Position numbers and translations under genes: made by a program. 64,000 nucleotides of DNA, taken from NCBI GenBank assembly GCA_965215505.1, contig OZ244065.1:4736001-4800000 (forward strand). Reading direction: 5' to 3'. The notes beneath the pieces are model-generated. The model saw only the letters and a list, made by a program, of their open reading frames with translations. It did no database searches and was not told the DNA's origin. Below, piece by piece: positions 51,215 to 59,783 of the stretch (positions within the stretch are counted from its first letter, which is position 1; every line of letters begins with the position of its first letter). This DNA is from Capsulimonadaceae bacterium (GTDB lineage Bacteria; Armatimonadota; Armatimonadia; Armatimonadales; Capsulimonadaceae).

Positions 51215-51430
51215 ACCTGTATCCGCAAAAATACCGGTTTCGCCGCCCCCCGCGCGAATCCCGGTATCCCCCACAGGCCCCCGGCGGGGACTTGGCCCGG
51301 TTTGTGGATAAGAGGTAGGTGTAAGTCCGCAATAGAAGGCCGTGATGGGGGAGGGGAACGCGCAATGGTCGCTTTGGAACAGCAGAACGCTCGCAAGCAG
51401 AACGCTCGCAAGCAGAACGACGGGGGGACG

Positions 51431-51742
51431 ATGACATGGGGCCGTGCCTGGCTCGCCTGGGACAGCCTGCTCCTCTTCCTGATCTGCACCGCCGACATGT
51501 GTTCGACTCTGTACTGGGTGCATGCCGGGGCGGCCTCGGAGGCGAACCCCTGGATGGCCTTCTGCCTGCACCACGGCGACCTCGCCTTCTGCGCCGCCAA
51601 GATGGTCAGCTTCCTGCCCCTGCTCGCCTTCGCCGCTTACTACCGCCCGCGCCGCCCCCGCCTGATCGCCGTCTCCCTGCGCGGCACCGCCGCCCTGTAT
51701 GTGGGGATCTACCTGATGGCCGTCGGGGGACAGTGGCTATAG
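51431..51742 (+). CDS. DUF5658-like membrane protein
   Basis: D...T...GAASEANPWM; start uncertain. Confidence 0.65.
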   Translation: MTWGRAWLAWDSLLLFLICTADMCSTLYWVHAGAASEANPWMAFCLHHGDLAFCAAKMVSFLPLLAFAAYYRPRRPRLIAVSLRGTAALYVGIYLMAVGGQWL

Positions 51743-51860
51743 GCCAGAAGAGGGCAGACAAAAAGAGGGCAGGGAAACCCTGCCCCTACGCCGCATCTCG
51801 TAGGGGCGGGGTCCCCCCGCCCTCCTCATCCCCGCCCTTTATCCTCTGCGGAATCCAGCC

Positions 51861-52313
51861 CTAAATATAGTACATCAGCGCCTCGACCGCCTCACCCGTC
51901 CGCGCCGGGCTGGCCGCCCCGTCCTCCGCCAGCACCTCGATGGACGTGTTCTCCAGGATGTCCCTGATGCTGTCCCGGACCCGGCGCAGGACGCGGGCCA
52001 ATTCCGACGAATCCGCGTTGTCGTCCGCCCACTTCGGGATCGGCATCAGCAGGCCCTCCAGGTGACGCAGGGCCTCCGCCAGCGACACGTCGCTCGGCTC
52101 CCGGTTCAGCCGGTAGCCGCCGTGCTGCCCGCGCTTGCTCTCCAAAATGCCCGCATGGGACAACGGCAGCAGAACCTGCTCCAGGTACTTCTGGGACGTG
52201 TCGCAGCGCGAAGCCAGCTCCCCGACTTGCAGGTAGCCGTTGCCCGCCCGCCAGTTGCGGATGAGGTCGCCCAGTACGCGCAGGCCGTACTGGCTCTTAG
52301 TAGTGAGTCGCAT
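51861..52313 (-). CDS. Rrf2-family transcriptional regulator (CymR-like, lacks Fe-S Cys triad)
   Basis: MRLTTKSQYGLR, KYLEQVL, SKRGQHGGYRL. Confidence 0.9.
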   Translation of the reverse strand: MRLTTKSQYGLRVLGDLIRNWRAGNGYLQVGELASRCDTSQKYLEQVLLPLSHAGILESKRGQHGGYRLNREPSDVSLAEALRHLEGLLMPIPKWADDNADSSELARVLRRVRDSIRDILENTSIEVLAEDGAASPARTGEAVEALMYYI

Positions 52314-52347
52314 AGAGGTGAATGAAGGCGGGGAAAAGGAACAAAAG

Positions 52348-52371
52348 AGGGCGCACCCACGGGTGCGCCCT
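52348..52371 (-). terminator. intrinsic terminator after the sulfurtransferase
   Basis: AGGGCGCACCC/GGGTGCGCCCT followed by a U-rich tract on the minus strand. Confidence 0.65.
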
Positions 52372-52385
52372 TCGTCTAGTGGCTG

Positions 52386-53291
52386 TTACGGGGGGCAGAC
52401 TTTGCCGCCGCCGTCCGTTCCGGCCACAGTCGGTACTTCGCGCTCGATAGGGGCACCGATGATGGACCCCCATTCGGTCCACGAGCCGTCATAATTCTTG
52501 GCGTTCTCGTAGCCCAGCAGGTTGTACAGCACGAACCAGGTGTGCGACGACCGCTCGCCGATTCGGCAGTACGCGATTACGTCCTTACCCTCGCTGACGC
52601 CCTTGCCCGCGTAGAACGCCTTCAGGTCCTCGGCGGATTTGAATGTGCCGTCGTCCTTCACCGCGTTCAGCCACGGGGCCGACTGCGCGCCGGGGATGTG
52701 GCCGCCGCGCTGCGCCGTCTCGCTCATGCCCGGAGGTGCAATCACCTTGCCGGTGAACTCATCGGGTGAACGGACGTCAATCAGGGTCAGATTGGGGTCG
52801 TTCAGCTTCTGGAGGACCTGGTCGCGGTAGGCCCGCAGTTCCCAGTTCGGCTCCGAAGCCTGGTACTGCGCCGGGGTGGGGGAGGGGGCCTCGGTCGTCA
52901 GTTCGCGGCCCTCGGCCACCCACTTTTTTCGGCCGCCGTTGACCAGCTTCAGCTTGCTCCGGTCATGGCCGTAGATCAGGAACAGCCAGTAGCCGAAGGT
53001 CGCGAACCAGTTGTTGTTGTCGCCGTAAAGCACCAGGGTGTCGCCGTTACCGATCCCCGCGCGGCTCAACAGTCTCTCCCACTGGCCCTTGTCCGGCACG
53101 TCGCGCCGCAGGGTGTCTTCAAGCTCCGTCTGCCAGTTGAAGCCAATCGCGCCCGCGATGTGGCCCTGGGCGTAGGCCTCGGTGTCCACATCAATTTCAA
53201 TCAGCTTGAACTCGCCGGAGTCCAGATGCTGCGCCACCCAATCGGTCTCGACAAGGACCTCCGGGTGCGCGTAATTGCTTCCGTCTGCCAT
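52386..53291 (-). CDS. two-domain rhodanese sulfurtransferase (CysA/SseA type)
   Basis: GHIAGA, GHIPGA, YCRIGERSS, YDGSWTEWG. Confidence 0.93.
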   Translation of the reverse strand: MADGSNYAHPEVLVETDWVAQHLDSGEFKLIEIDVDTEAYAQGHIAGAIGFNWQTELEDTLRRDVPDKGQWERLLSRAGIGNGDTLVLYGDNNNWFATFGYWLFLIYGHDRSKLKLVNGGRKKWVAEGRELTTEAPSPTPAQYQASEPNWELRAYRDQVLQKLNDPNLTLIDVRSPDEFTGKVIAPPGMSETAQRGGHIPGAQSAPWLNAVKDDGTFKSAEDLKAFYAGKGVSEGKDVIAYCRIGERSSHTWFVLYNLLGYENAKNYDGSWTEWGSIIGAPIEREVPTVAGTDGGGKVCPP

Positions 53292-53323
53292 CGTTGGTGT
53301 TCTCCTCTGCCCCTTCGGGCGAC

Positions 53324-53596
53324 TTAATACGCCTGCACTTCTTCCGCGCCGATGAAGCCGACGCCGACGCCGAACGCCTTCCAGAATGCGATGCTCTCGT
53401 CGATCTGTTTTTCGGTGCCGGTCAGCTCCAGCATGATATAGCCGCCCGTCTGCGGCTCGACCTGCGCCCGCCGGATGTCGGCGATGACACCGAAGTTCCG
53501 GATCGCCTGCGCCAAAAGCGGCTGGTCCACGCGCTCGACCGGGAATGTCAGGTTTAGCCGGACGGACTGCGAACTGTCGGGGGATGTGATGCTCAT
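53324..53596 (-). CDS. NIL-domain protein
   Basis: LTFP...QPLL...DIRRAQV...GYIMLELTG. Confidence 0.75.
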   Translation of the reverse strand: MSITSPDSSQSVRLNLTFPVERVDQPLLAQAIRNFGVIADIRRAQVEPQTGGYIMLELTGTEKQIDESIAFWKAFGVGVGFIGAEEVQAY

Positions 53597-53761
53597 GGTG
53601 AATGACCCGGCCTGACCGGCTGTTAAGCCTTTGTTTACATTGTCTAGCGATTTACAGGACAAAGCATCCTGTGTTCGGGCAATATACCCGGCAGGCGGGG
53701 GAGGTGTCAAGAGGCCAGTGACACGAAAGGGGACGCACCGGCAGTGCGCCCCCCTGCCCGA

Positions 53762-55240
53762 TTAATACTTCGGAACACTCGGGTCTACGTCGTCCGACCA
53801 GGCCAGGATGCCGCCAGTCAGGTTGTGCAGCTTCTTGAACCCCGCCTCCTTGAAGATCTGCAAAGCCTCGGAGGACCGCTTGCCGCTCTTGCAATGCAGG
53901 ACGATGTCATCCGCCGTGTCGAACTCGTGCAGGCGCTCTTTGACTGTCCCCAGTGGCACCAGCTTGGAGCCGGGAATGTGGCCGATGGCGTACTCATACG
54001 GCTCGCGCACGTCAAGCAGGGTGAACTTGTCGCCCCGTTCCTGCCGCGCCTTCAGCGCGAGGGCCGTGATCTCCTCGCCGTCCGTCAGTGCCGGGCCTTC
54101 GTTCCCGCGCCCGACGCCGCAGAACTCGTCGTAGTCGATCAAGTGCGTGATCGTGGGGTTCTGGCCGCAGACCGGGCAGTTTGGGTCTTTACGCAGCTTC
54201 AGCTCGCGGAAGGACATCTTCAAGGCGTTGAACAGCATCAAGCGCCCGACGAGCGGCTGGCCTTCGCTCAGGATCAGCTTGACGACCTCGATGGCCTGGA
54301 TGACCCCGATGATGCCGGGCAGGACGCCCAGCACGCCGCCCTCGGCGCACGAGGGGACCAGGCCGGGCGGGGGAGGCTCCGGGTACAGGCAGCGGTAGCA
54401 GGGGCCGTCCTGGGCGTAGAAGACGCTGGCCTGACCCTCGAACCGGAAGATGGAGCCGTAGACGTTCGGCTTGCCCAGCAGCACGCAGGCGTCGTTGACG
54501 AGGTAGCGAGTCTGGAAATTGTCCGTGCCGTCCGCGATGACGTCGTAGTCCTTCAGGATGTCCATCGCGTTCTCCGAGGTCAGCATGACCTCGTGCTTGA
54601 CGATGTTGACATACGGGTTGATCTCTTTGAGCGTCTGTTCGGCGCTGTCGATCTTCGGCATCCCGATGGAGCTTTCCCGGTGGACGATCTGCCGCTGCAA
54701 GTTGGTCACGTCCACGGTGTCAAAGTCCACCAGGCCGATGGTGCCGACGCCCGCCGCCGCCAGGTACATGGTCAGGGGTGCGCCCAGGCCGCCCGTGCCG
54801 ACGCACAGCACCTTTGCCGCCTTGAGCCGCTTCTGGCCCTCCATCGTCACTTCCGGCATGATGAGGTGCCGCGAGTACCGCATCACCTCATCGTTGGAGA
54901 GGTCGATCAGGTCAGGATTCTGCGCCAGGTGGAACGAAGGCGACCCGCCCGAGCCGACCGCGTCCAGGCCGCCCGCGATGCTCGGCACGATGGTCAAGGT
55001 GTCGCCGTCCTTCACCGGCGTCGCCCCCGCCTGCAAGTACCGGCTGTCCTCGTCGTTGACGTAGACGTTGACAAAGGCCCGCAGCGTTCCGTCGTCGTTG
55101 AACAGGTGCTTGCGGATGTCGGGGTAGTTCTCGGCGAGGTGCTGCAAGGCGTGGTCCACGGTCGCACCGCCCACCTCCACCTCTTCCTTGTTCATCGTGT
55201 ACCGCTGCATCGGGGTCGGTACGACTATCTTCACGGACAT
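53762..55240 (-). CDS. moeB: MoaD/ThiS(CysO)-like ubiquitin domain fused to MoeB/E1 and rhodanese (MoeZ-like)
   Basis: N-terminal beta-grasp ending PSIAGG; RYSRHL, GTGGLG, NLQRQ, CYRC, CPVC; C-terminal rhodanese HCKSGKRS. Confidence 0.9.
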   Translation of the reverse strand: MSVKIVVPTPMQRYTMNKEEVEVGGATVDHALQHLAENYPDIRKHLFNDDGTLRAFVNVYVNDEDSRYLQAGATPVKDGDTLTIVPSIAGGLDAVGSGGSPSFHLAQNPDLIDLSNDEVMRYSRHLIMPEVTMEGQKRLKAAKVLCVGTGGLGAPLTMYLAAAGVGTIGLVDFDTVDVTNLQRQIVHRESSIGMPKIDSAEQTLKEINPYVNIVKHEVMLTSENAMDILKDYDVIADGTDNFQTRYLVNDACVLLGKPNVYGSIFRFEGQASVFYAQDGPCYRCLYPEPPPPGLVPSCAEGGVLGVLPGIIGVIQAIEVVKLILSEGQPLVGRLMLFNALKMSFRELKLRKDPNCPVCGQNPTITHLIDYDEFCGVGRGNEGPALTDGEEITALALKARQERGDKFTLLDVREPYEYAIGHIPGSKLVPLGTVKERLHEFDTADDIVLHCKSGKRSSEALQIFKEAGFKKLHNLTGGILAWSDDVDPSVPKY

Positions 55241-55258
55241 GGTCTCATCTCCTCGGGA

Positions 55259-55684
55259 TCATTCTACCAAAGTAACGGCGTCTTCGTCGAAGCCACCCCG
55301 GTCCTCACGCAGCAGCCAGTTCCGCATCTCCTGCGGGACGCCCTGCCGGACCGACACGATGACGTAACAGTACCCCGGCCAGGCGTGTTCCCGGTCGAAG
55401 TTTGACGGCTGCGCGGGTGCGTCCGGGTGTGAGTGGTAGAACCCGACCACGCCCAGTCCTTCCGCCCGCGCCGCCCGGTCGGTCCTGACTAGCTCGCCGG
55501 GGTCAATCTCGAAGCGGTTGCGCGGCGAGTCCTCCCGCGTGTTCGCGGCGGGGACGGTCCGGGCCACCGTCACCGCGTCCCCGTCTGCTCTGCCTACGAG
55601 GAACCCGCAGCACTCGTGCGGGTAATCCCGCGCCCCGTGCGCGCGCATGGCAGCGTCGTGTTCGGCTGTGATAACTAAAGGCAT
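55259..55684 (-). CDS. JAB/MPN (Mov34) metallopeptidase, Mec-like
   Basis: YPHECCGFL, GFYHSHPD...PS..D. Confidence 0.92.
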   Translation of the reverse strand: MPLVITAEHDAAMRAHGARDYPHECCGFLVGRADGDAVTVARTVPAANTREDSPRNRFEIDPGELVRTDRAARAEGLGVVGFYHSHPDAPAQPSNFDREHAWPGYCYVIVSVRQGVPQEMRNWLLREDRGGFDEDAVTLVE

Positions 55685-55691
55685 GATGTGT

Positions 55692-56075
55692 TCACTTTAC
55701 AGGCGGGGGCGGCCAAACCCCTTCATCCACTTGATTGGGACGGGGGGCAGCTTGCGGCTCGCCATTATCCCAGCGCACTTCTACTCTGTTCGAGAACAGC
55801 CCTAGCCACTCCGCGCCGCAGCAGACCCATCCGCCGTGTTCCTGGCCCAGACTGTCGCGCACCGTGACATGGTAGAAGGTCCTGCCATGGGGGTTCTCCC
55901 AGCGGAAAGGCCCGAGGTTGACCAGCGGCTGCTTCTTCGCGAGAACGGTGTACCCAAGTTCCTCAGCCCAGTCGGAAATCATCCTGCTGGACCGTCGCGA
56001 CTCCCAGAAGATCGCCGCAAGTGCAACGACAACTAAGAGCAGAAAGCCGACGAGGATGATGACAAAAGGGTCCAT
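55692..56075 (-). CDS. hypothetical membrane-anchored protein
   Basis: N-terminal TM segment; lies within the operon. Confidence 0.65.
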   Translation of the reverse strand: MDPFVIILVGFLLLVVVALAAIFWESRRSSRMISDWAEELGYTVLAKKQPLVNLGPFRWENPHGRTFYHVTVRDSLGQEHGGWVCCGAEWLGLFSNRVEVRWDNGEPQAAPRPNQVDEGVWPPPPVK

Positions 56076-56107
56076 GCTGACGGCCGCCGCCTTTCGCCTT
56101 TGACGTG

Positions 56108-57049
56108 CTAAATCTGCGGGTGCGGCTCTTCCTCGCCCTCTGTCCAGAACCGCTCGGATAGATACCGGTCCGCGCTGTCACACAGAATGGTCACGATGAC
56201 GCTGCCGGGCGGCGCGGTCTTCGCCACTTGCAGGGCGCTGTGGACGTTGCCGCCCGCCGAGATGCCGACAAGCAGGCCCTCCTCGCGGGCCAGGCGCTTG
56301 ACCATGACGTAGGCGTCCTCGGTGCGGCACTCGACGTTCTCGTCGGCCACGGTCGGGTCATAGATGGGAGGCACGATGGCCGTCTCCAGGTGCTTCAAGC
56401 CTTCCAGGCCGTTAAAGGGCGAGTCGGGCTGCATGGAGATCAGCTTGATGCCGGGATGCACCTCTTTGAGGTAGCGCCCCGTCCCCATCATGGTCCCGGT
56501 CGTTCCCAGGCCGGCGAGGAAGTGGGTGATGCGGCCCTCCGTCTGCTGCCAGATCTCCGGCCCGGTCCCCTTGTAGTGCGCCCGCCAGTTGTTGTCGTTG
56601 CCGTACTGGTCGGGGTAGAAGTAGAGGTCCGGGTCCTCGGCGTACAGCTTCTTGACCATCCGAATGGCCCCATCCGACTGCTCGGCGGGCGGCGTGTAGA
56701 CGATCTCCGCGCCATAGGCCTGCAAGATCTTCTTACGCTCCGGCGAGACGTTCTTGGGCAGGCACAGGCGCACCTTGTAGCCCCGCGCCGCGCCGATCAT
56801 GGCATAGGCGATGCCCGTATTGCCCGAGGTCGCGTCCAGGATGACCTTGCCGGGATGCAGCAGCCCGGCCTTCTCGCCCTCCAGGATCATGTTGAGCGCG
56901 GGCCGGTCCTTGACCGAGCCGCCGGGGTTGAAGAATTCGGCCTTGCCGTACAGCTCGACGCCGGGCGCGTCCCGCTCGATGCGGCACAGGCGGACGAGGG
57001 GCGTGTTCCCGACGAGGTCTTCCAGGCGATGGGCGGACGGGGTGGGCAT
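56108..57049 (-). CDS. cysM: PLP-dependent cysteine synthase (CysM-like)
   Basis: GNTPLV, NPGGSVKDR, TSGNTG, GTTGT. Confidence 0.88.
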   Translation of the reverse strand: MPTPSAHRLEDLVGNTPLVRLCRIERDAPGVELYGKAEFFNPGGSVKDRPALNMILEGEKAGLLHPGKVILDATSGNTGIAYAMIGAARGYKVRLCLPKNVSPERKKILQAYGAEIVYTPPAEQSDGAIRMVKKLYAEDPDLYFYPDQYGNDNNWRAHYKGTGPEIWQQTEGRITHFLAGLGTTGTMMGTGRYLKEVHPGIKLISMQPDSPFNGLEGLKHLETAIVPPIYDPTVADENVECRTEDAYVMVKRLAREEGLLVGISAGGNVHSALQVAKTAPPGSVIVTILCDSADRYLSERFWTEGEEEPHPQI

Positions 57050-57208
57050 GGTCTTTTCCTAGTAAGGTACTAGGGAATAGTATACCCACATTCCTGCGCG
57101 CTGTTGGCGGCTCCGCGTGAGAGGATGATACTACGCCGCCCCGGTTTTGCCCGATTTAATGGTGGGAAAATCGTCTGTGAGACACGGATTTTGTAGGAAG
57201 GTAAGAAC

Positions 57209-58018
57209 ATGGCAGACAGTTATCCCAGCCCGGAGCGGCAGAAGAACGAGCAGCAGACCCAGGAAGTGATCCAGGAGAAGGTAAAGGCCAAGAACCTCCT
57301 CCCGTTCGTCATCGCGGGAGTCATTGCAATCGCCCTGATCGCCTGGCTTGCGACCAGCCACTACCGGGCCAGCACGGATGCCAGCCGGGGCGGCCCGGAT
57401 GGCAACGTCTCCACAGCGGGCGCGTCCGGCGGTGGCGCATCGGGCAGCAGCGCCGGAGGCGGCGGGACATCCGGGGCGGGTGCGACCGGCGGCGGCGCTC
57501 CCGGCACCGTCGGCGGGTCGTCCGGCGCGACAAGCGGCGGCGCGGCGGGCACCACGACGAGCGGCGGGAATTCGTCCACGAGCAGCACGGCGACCGGCAG
57601 CGGCGCGACCGGCAGCAGCGGCGGTAACAGCTCCAGCGGCACGACGCCGGGCACGGGCGCGACGAGCGGCGGAGCCTCCGGCTCTGGCGCGGCCGGCGCG
57701 AGCGGCGGGGCGGGCGGTGGGGCTACAGCGGGCGCAGGCGGCGGCGCTACGCCCGGTCCGGCCGGCGCGGGCATGACCGGCGGTAATGCCCCGGCGGCGG
57801 CATCCTCCGGTGCGCCCGGCGCGGGCGGAACCGGCACGACTGGTGCGGCGGGCGCGACCGGAGCAGGTGCGGGTGCCGGAGGCACGGCGGGCGCAGCCGG
57901 AGCGGGCGCGAGCGGCGTCGGCGGGACCGCTGCCGGCAGCTCGTCGGCGGGCGGCTCTAGCGGCGGCGGCGCGGGTGCCAGTGGCGGTGGGGCCGGTGGT
58001 GCAGGCGGCGGCGGTTAA
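57209..58018 (+). CDS. single-TM protein with a long Gly/Ala/Ser/Thr low-complexity tail
   Basis: AGGAAGG RBS; TM segment followed by about 200 residues of G/A/S/T. Confidence 0.7.
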   Translation: MADSYPSPERQKNEQQTQEVIQEKVKAKNLLPFVIAGVIAIALIAWLATSHYRASTDASRGGPDGNVSTAGASGGGASGSSAGGGGTSGAGATGGGAPGTVGGSSGATSGGAAGTTTSGGNSSTSSTATGSGATGSSGGNSSSGTTPGTGATSGGASGSGAAGASGGAGGGATAGAGGGATPGPAGAGMTGGNAPAAASSGAPGAGGTGTTGAAGATGAGAGAGGTAGAAGAGASGVGGTAAGSSSAGGSSGGGAGASGGGAGGAGGGG

Positions 58019-58069
58019 CGGGCCTGTACCCGCTTTCCGGCGGGAGGAAGCAGGCGAAGGAGAACACCC

Positions 58070-58576
58070 ATGGCGACTGACTATCCTGGTCCCGGTGCGG
58101 GCGGTGACAAAACCCAGAGCATCCCCAAGAAGCTGATGTTCGTGCTTCTGATGGGGATCGTGGCGCTCGTGTTCGTGACAATGCTTGTTCTGATGCATAA
58201 CCACGGCGGCACGAGTTCCGGCAAGGCCGGCCAGCCCGCCGACGCTGCGACCGGGCCGCAGATGGGAACGGAAGGCCCGGCTCGGCAGGGACGCGGACCG
58301 GCGGCGCGTCGAGCGGGTCGCCCGCCGCCCCTAACGCGGGAGCGCCAGGGGCGGCGGCACCTTAAACGGAGGGGCGGGGTTCACCCCCGCCCCTTTGACT
58401 CTCCTCCGCGCCTTGGAGCAGAAACACATAGTCGAAATTCGGCGGGGCAATCCCCATCCGCTGCAAGGCCATCGAGATCTGCCCCGTGTGCCACGTCTGG
58501 TGATTGCATAAGTGCAGCAGGACCTCTTCCGCCGTCAGCCGCACCGTCCGGCCCCACTGCGGCAGGTCGGTCGTGA
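58070..58576 (+). CDS. small membrane protein (3' part overlaps the DinB gene antisense; end uncertain)
   Basis: AAGGAG RBS; one TM segment. Confidence 0.45.
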   Translation: MATDYPGPGAGGDKTQSIPKKLMFVLLMGIVALVFVTMLVLMHNHGGTSSGKAGQPADAATGPQMGTEGPARQGRGPAARRAGRPPPLTRERQGRRHLKRRGGVHPRPFDSPPRLGAETHSRNSAGQSPSAARPSRSAPCATSGDCISAAGPLPPSAAPSGPTAAGRS

Positions 58577-58895
58577 TGACGCGGCTCAACGCCTCGGCAT
58601 CAGCGCGGGCGGCGAACTCCAAAGTGCGGGCGCGAATCCGGTCCCAATCGGCGAACAGTCCTTCCAGCGTCCCTGCCGGTGCGTCCTCATAGCGGGGCGG
58701 CGGGCCTTCCCCGTAGAGCCGCCCCAGGGTCCAGCGCCGCTCCGCGCCGACGAGGTGCGCGACGAGCTGCCCGACCGTCTTGTAGGCCGCCGTCGTCTCG
58801 AACGGCACGCCCAGCGTCTCCGGGTGCGCGGTCAAAGTCTCATGCAAAAGGCGGCGGGCGTTCTCGGCGTAGGCGAGTTGGCGGCGGATGTCCAT
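58362..58895 (-). CDS. DinB family protein
   Basis: HLVGAE, HLCNHQTWHTGQI. Confidence 0.85.
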   Translation of the reverse strand: MDIRRQLAYAENARRLLHETLTAHPETLGVPFETTAAYKTVGQLVAHLVGAERRWTLGRLYGEGPPPRYEDAPAGTLEGLFADWDRIRARTLEFAARADAEALSRVITTDLPQWGRTVRLTAEEVLLHLCNHQTWHTGQISMALQRMGIAPPNFDYVFLLQGAEESQRGGGEPRPSV

Positions 58896-58945
58896 GCCGC
58901 CATTGTACCTCATGCCGCACCCCCTAATCGGGTACAATGGAGGCC

Positions 58946-59716
58946 ATGAAAGTCACCGTCCTCGGCTGCGGCACCTCCCACGGCGTCCCCATGATCGGCT
59001 GCGACTGCGCGGTCTGCACCTCCCCCGACCCGCGCAACCGACGCCTGCGCCCCTCCATCCTGGTCACCGCCGACGACGGCGCGAACGTCCTGGTGGACAC
59101 GCCGCCCGAGATGCGGATCGCCTTCCTGGAAAACCACGTCCGGCGGCTCGATGCCATCCTCTACACGCACTCCCACGCCGACCACATCTTCGGGCTGGAC
59201 GACGTCCGCACCTTCAACTACCGCAGCGGGGCCGCCATGCCGGTCTACGCCGAGCCGAACGTGCTGACCGACATCCGGCGCATCTACGCCTACATCTTCC
59301 AGCCCACCCAGGTCGGCGGCGGCAAGCCCCAGGTGGAGCTGCTTGAAACCGGGCCGGGCGTGGCTATGGCCCTGCACGGCCTGGACATCCTGCCCCTGCG
59401 CGTCTGCCACGGCCGCCTGCCCATACTCGCCTACAAGTTCGGCCCGCGCTTCGCCTACGTCACCGACGTCAGCGTCATCCCGCCCGAAACCTGGCCGCAC
59501 CTCGAAGGCCTCGACGTGCTGATGCTTGACGCCGTCCGCCGCGACCCGCACGAAACCCATTTCCACCTCGACGCCGCTTTAGAAACCATCGCCCTGCTCC
59601 AGCCCAAGCGCACGCTGTTGACCCACCTCTCCCACGACTACGACTACGCCCCGACCAACCTCGAACTCCCCCCCGGCGTCGAACTCGCCTACGACGGCCA
59701 GACCCTGGAACTGTGA
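58946..59716 (+). CDS. MBL-fold metallohydrolase (PhnP/YycJ-like)
   Basis: LGCGTSHGVP, CDCAVC, THSHADH, THLSH, AYDG. Confidence 0.92.
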   Translation: MKVTVLGCGTSHGVPMIGCDCAVCTSPDPRNRRLRPSILVTADDGANVLVDTPPEMRIAFLENHVRRLDAILYTHSHADHIFGLDDVRTFNYRSGAAMPVYAEPNVLTDIRRIYAYIFQPTQVGGGKPQVELLETGPGVAMALHGLDILPLRVCHGRLPILAYKFGPRFAYVTDVSVIPPETWPHLEGLDVLMLDAVRRDPHETHFHLDAALETIALLQPKRTLLTHLSHDYDYAPTNLELPPGVELAYDGQTLEL

Positions 59717-59783
59717 TCGTGCAGGAATTTCGCCCCGCTCCGCCGAATGACCAGTCTGTCAATCACCAGGCAAGCAAGTCCCC

